DNA from: the human T2T-CHM13v2.0 reference genome, Homo sapiens
Length of the DNA: 64,000 nucleotides
Strand: one strand, 5' to 3'
Assembly (NCBI RefSeq): GCF_009914755.1
Contig: NC_060946.1
The first letter of the stretch is position 1. Every line of letters starts with the position of its first letter. The notes beneath the pieces were generated by a model that saw nothing but the letters and a program-made list of their open reading frames with translations, was not told the origin of the DNA and searched no databases. The position numbers and the translations under genes were made by a program. Of this stretch, positions 62,115 through 64,000 are shown piece by piece.

Positions 62115-62650
62115 ACTTGTAAGAGGACCTCCAAGATTCCCAAGCCCTGCTGTATCTCCCTATATAATCTCTCTGTGAAGATGAGCAGGACCTGGGAATA
62201 CGATGGGATATCACGCATGTGATTATGCTGTGTTATAGAAGACTCAGGTTGAGCAGGATGAAGGGAGAAGTGCTCTTGCTGGCTTTGAAGAGGTGAGCTG
62301 CTATGTGGCAGAGAGGACTCCTTTGCAGGGAGTGGTGTGTTCTCTCTAGGAGCTGAGAAAAGTCCTGGGTCAATAGCCATGTAGAGAGCAGAGCTCTCAG
62401 TCCTGCAACCCACAAGGAACTGAATTCTTCCAACAACCAATGAATTTGGAAAAGGAAGTCAAGGCCCAGAGGAGAACCACAGCATGGCTGACACCTGCAT
62501 TCAGCAGCCTTGCAAGAGCCTGAGCACAGGTCTGCCATAACTGGTACCTGGACTCCTGATCCATGGGAACTATGAGATAATACATGCGTGCTGTTTGAAG
62601 CCACTTCATCTGTGGTAATTTCTTACACAGCAGTGGAAAACAAATACACT
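62115..62650 (+). mobile_element. MLT1E/F-like LTR
   Basis: cagtcctgcaacccacaaggaactgaattc...gaactatgagataa...gcagtggaaaacaaataca. Confidence 0.85.
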
Positions 62651-62719
62651 CCCCATGGACATGAAATGCACGATGAAGGACCTGTTACAACTGGATGCCA
62701 TTTCATCTCCCATCAGGGA

Positions 62720-62970
62720 TGCAGAAGAGCACAGCGGTTAAGAACGAACTCTGGGGTTGAGCTACCTGGGTTCAAATCTCAGTTCTGCTACTTACTGTTA
62801 TGACTTTGGGCAAATTACTTAACTTCTTTGTGCTTTGATCTGCCCCTCTGTAAAATGGGTCTAGTAAAAGTATCTATCTGAACTAACTTACCATAGAACT
62901 TACTAAATGTAAACGCTTAGAACTATGACTGAAGCATAGCAAGGACTGCCCAAGTGCTTGCTAACATAAT
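62720..62970 (+). mobile_element. MIR
   Basis: tgggttcaaatctcagttctgctacttactgttatgactttgggcaaattacttaac. Confidence 0.85.
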
Positions 62971-63180
62971 TAGCAAATCAACTGAATTTGTGTTTACAAA
63001 CACAGAAGATCAACTCCTTCATATTATAGACATGGAAACTGAGCTCCAGGGAGAAGTGTCTTGTTTAAGGCCAGAGGGACAAGGCTAGAGGGATAGGTCT
63101 AGATTCACAAACTAAATTTAACCGTGAAGGTAAAGGCTCTGGGAGTCCATAGGATAAAAAGTCTCATCCTAATCCATTCA

Positions 63181-63555
<375 letters not shown>

Positions 63556-63588
63556 TTAGTTTTGCCTTTTTGCCTTTTCCTTCTGGTG

Positions 63589-63760
63589 CAACAAAGTCTC
63601 TCTGCTTGATGAAATATTAGATGAACTCTAGTGAGCTCTCTTTCCAACTAGACCTTATCACTGGGCGCTGTCATCTTCAGCCTGCTGAGTTCAATTTTAA
63701 CAAGAATCCTGCTAAGTCATTTTAGAGGAAATCTCTCCCCTTTGACATCTGATCAAATTC
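63589..63760 (+). mobile_element. MER31/MER67-like LTR 5' part
   Basis: caaagtctctctgcttga...caagaatcctgctaagtca. Confidence 0.6.
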
Positions 63761-64000
63761 TTTTTTTTTTTTTTTTTTTTTTTTTGAGATGGAGTCTCGC
63801 TCTACTGCCCAGGCTGGAGTGCAATGGCACGATCTCAGCTGGGCTCACTTCAACCTCTGCTTCCCAGGTTCAAGTGATTCTCCTGCTTCAGCCTCCTGAG
63901 TAGCTGGGATTACAGGCATGTGCCACCATGCCTGGCTAATTTTTTTTATTTTTAGTAGAGATGGGGTGATTTCACCATGTTGGTCAGGCTGTTCTCAAAC
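63761..64000 (-). mobile_element. AluS (cut by window end)
   Basis: Poly-T followed by Alu right arm and linker. Confidence 0.95.

Overview
Primate (very probably human) intergenic or deep-intronic DNA. I find no supportable host protein-coding exon, RNA gene, CpG island or CRISPR-like array. The ORFs in the track are microsatellite, Alu, L1, CR1 or DNA-transposon translations, or lack any recognisable protein signal. Much of the window is interspersed repeats: about 30 Alus; L1PA/L1M fragments; L2, MIR and L3/CR1; MaLR and ERV LTRs (including a MER41-type); a near full-length Tigger1 nested in an MLT1 LTR; a truncated HSMAR2 mariner; and a decayed hAT-Charlie transposase. Repeat family names come from my recollection of consensus sequences, not a database search, and boundaries of the old elements are approximate. 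I do not see a new biological system. The most notable signals are: (1) a ~60-bp segment at 29.9 kb that copies the pre-insertion empty site of the L1PA at 7.4-8.1 kb; (2) an 80-bp gene-conversion-like tract shared by two neighbouring Alus at 44.6 and 45.3 kb; (3) a probable Alu-mediated deletion joining HSMAR2 to a Charlie element; (4) several template-switch-like palindromes and duplications; (5) two mostly repeat-free candidate enhancers, at 18.2-20.4 kb (seven same-strand AGGTCA half-sites) and 54.7-55.2 kb.
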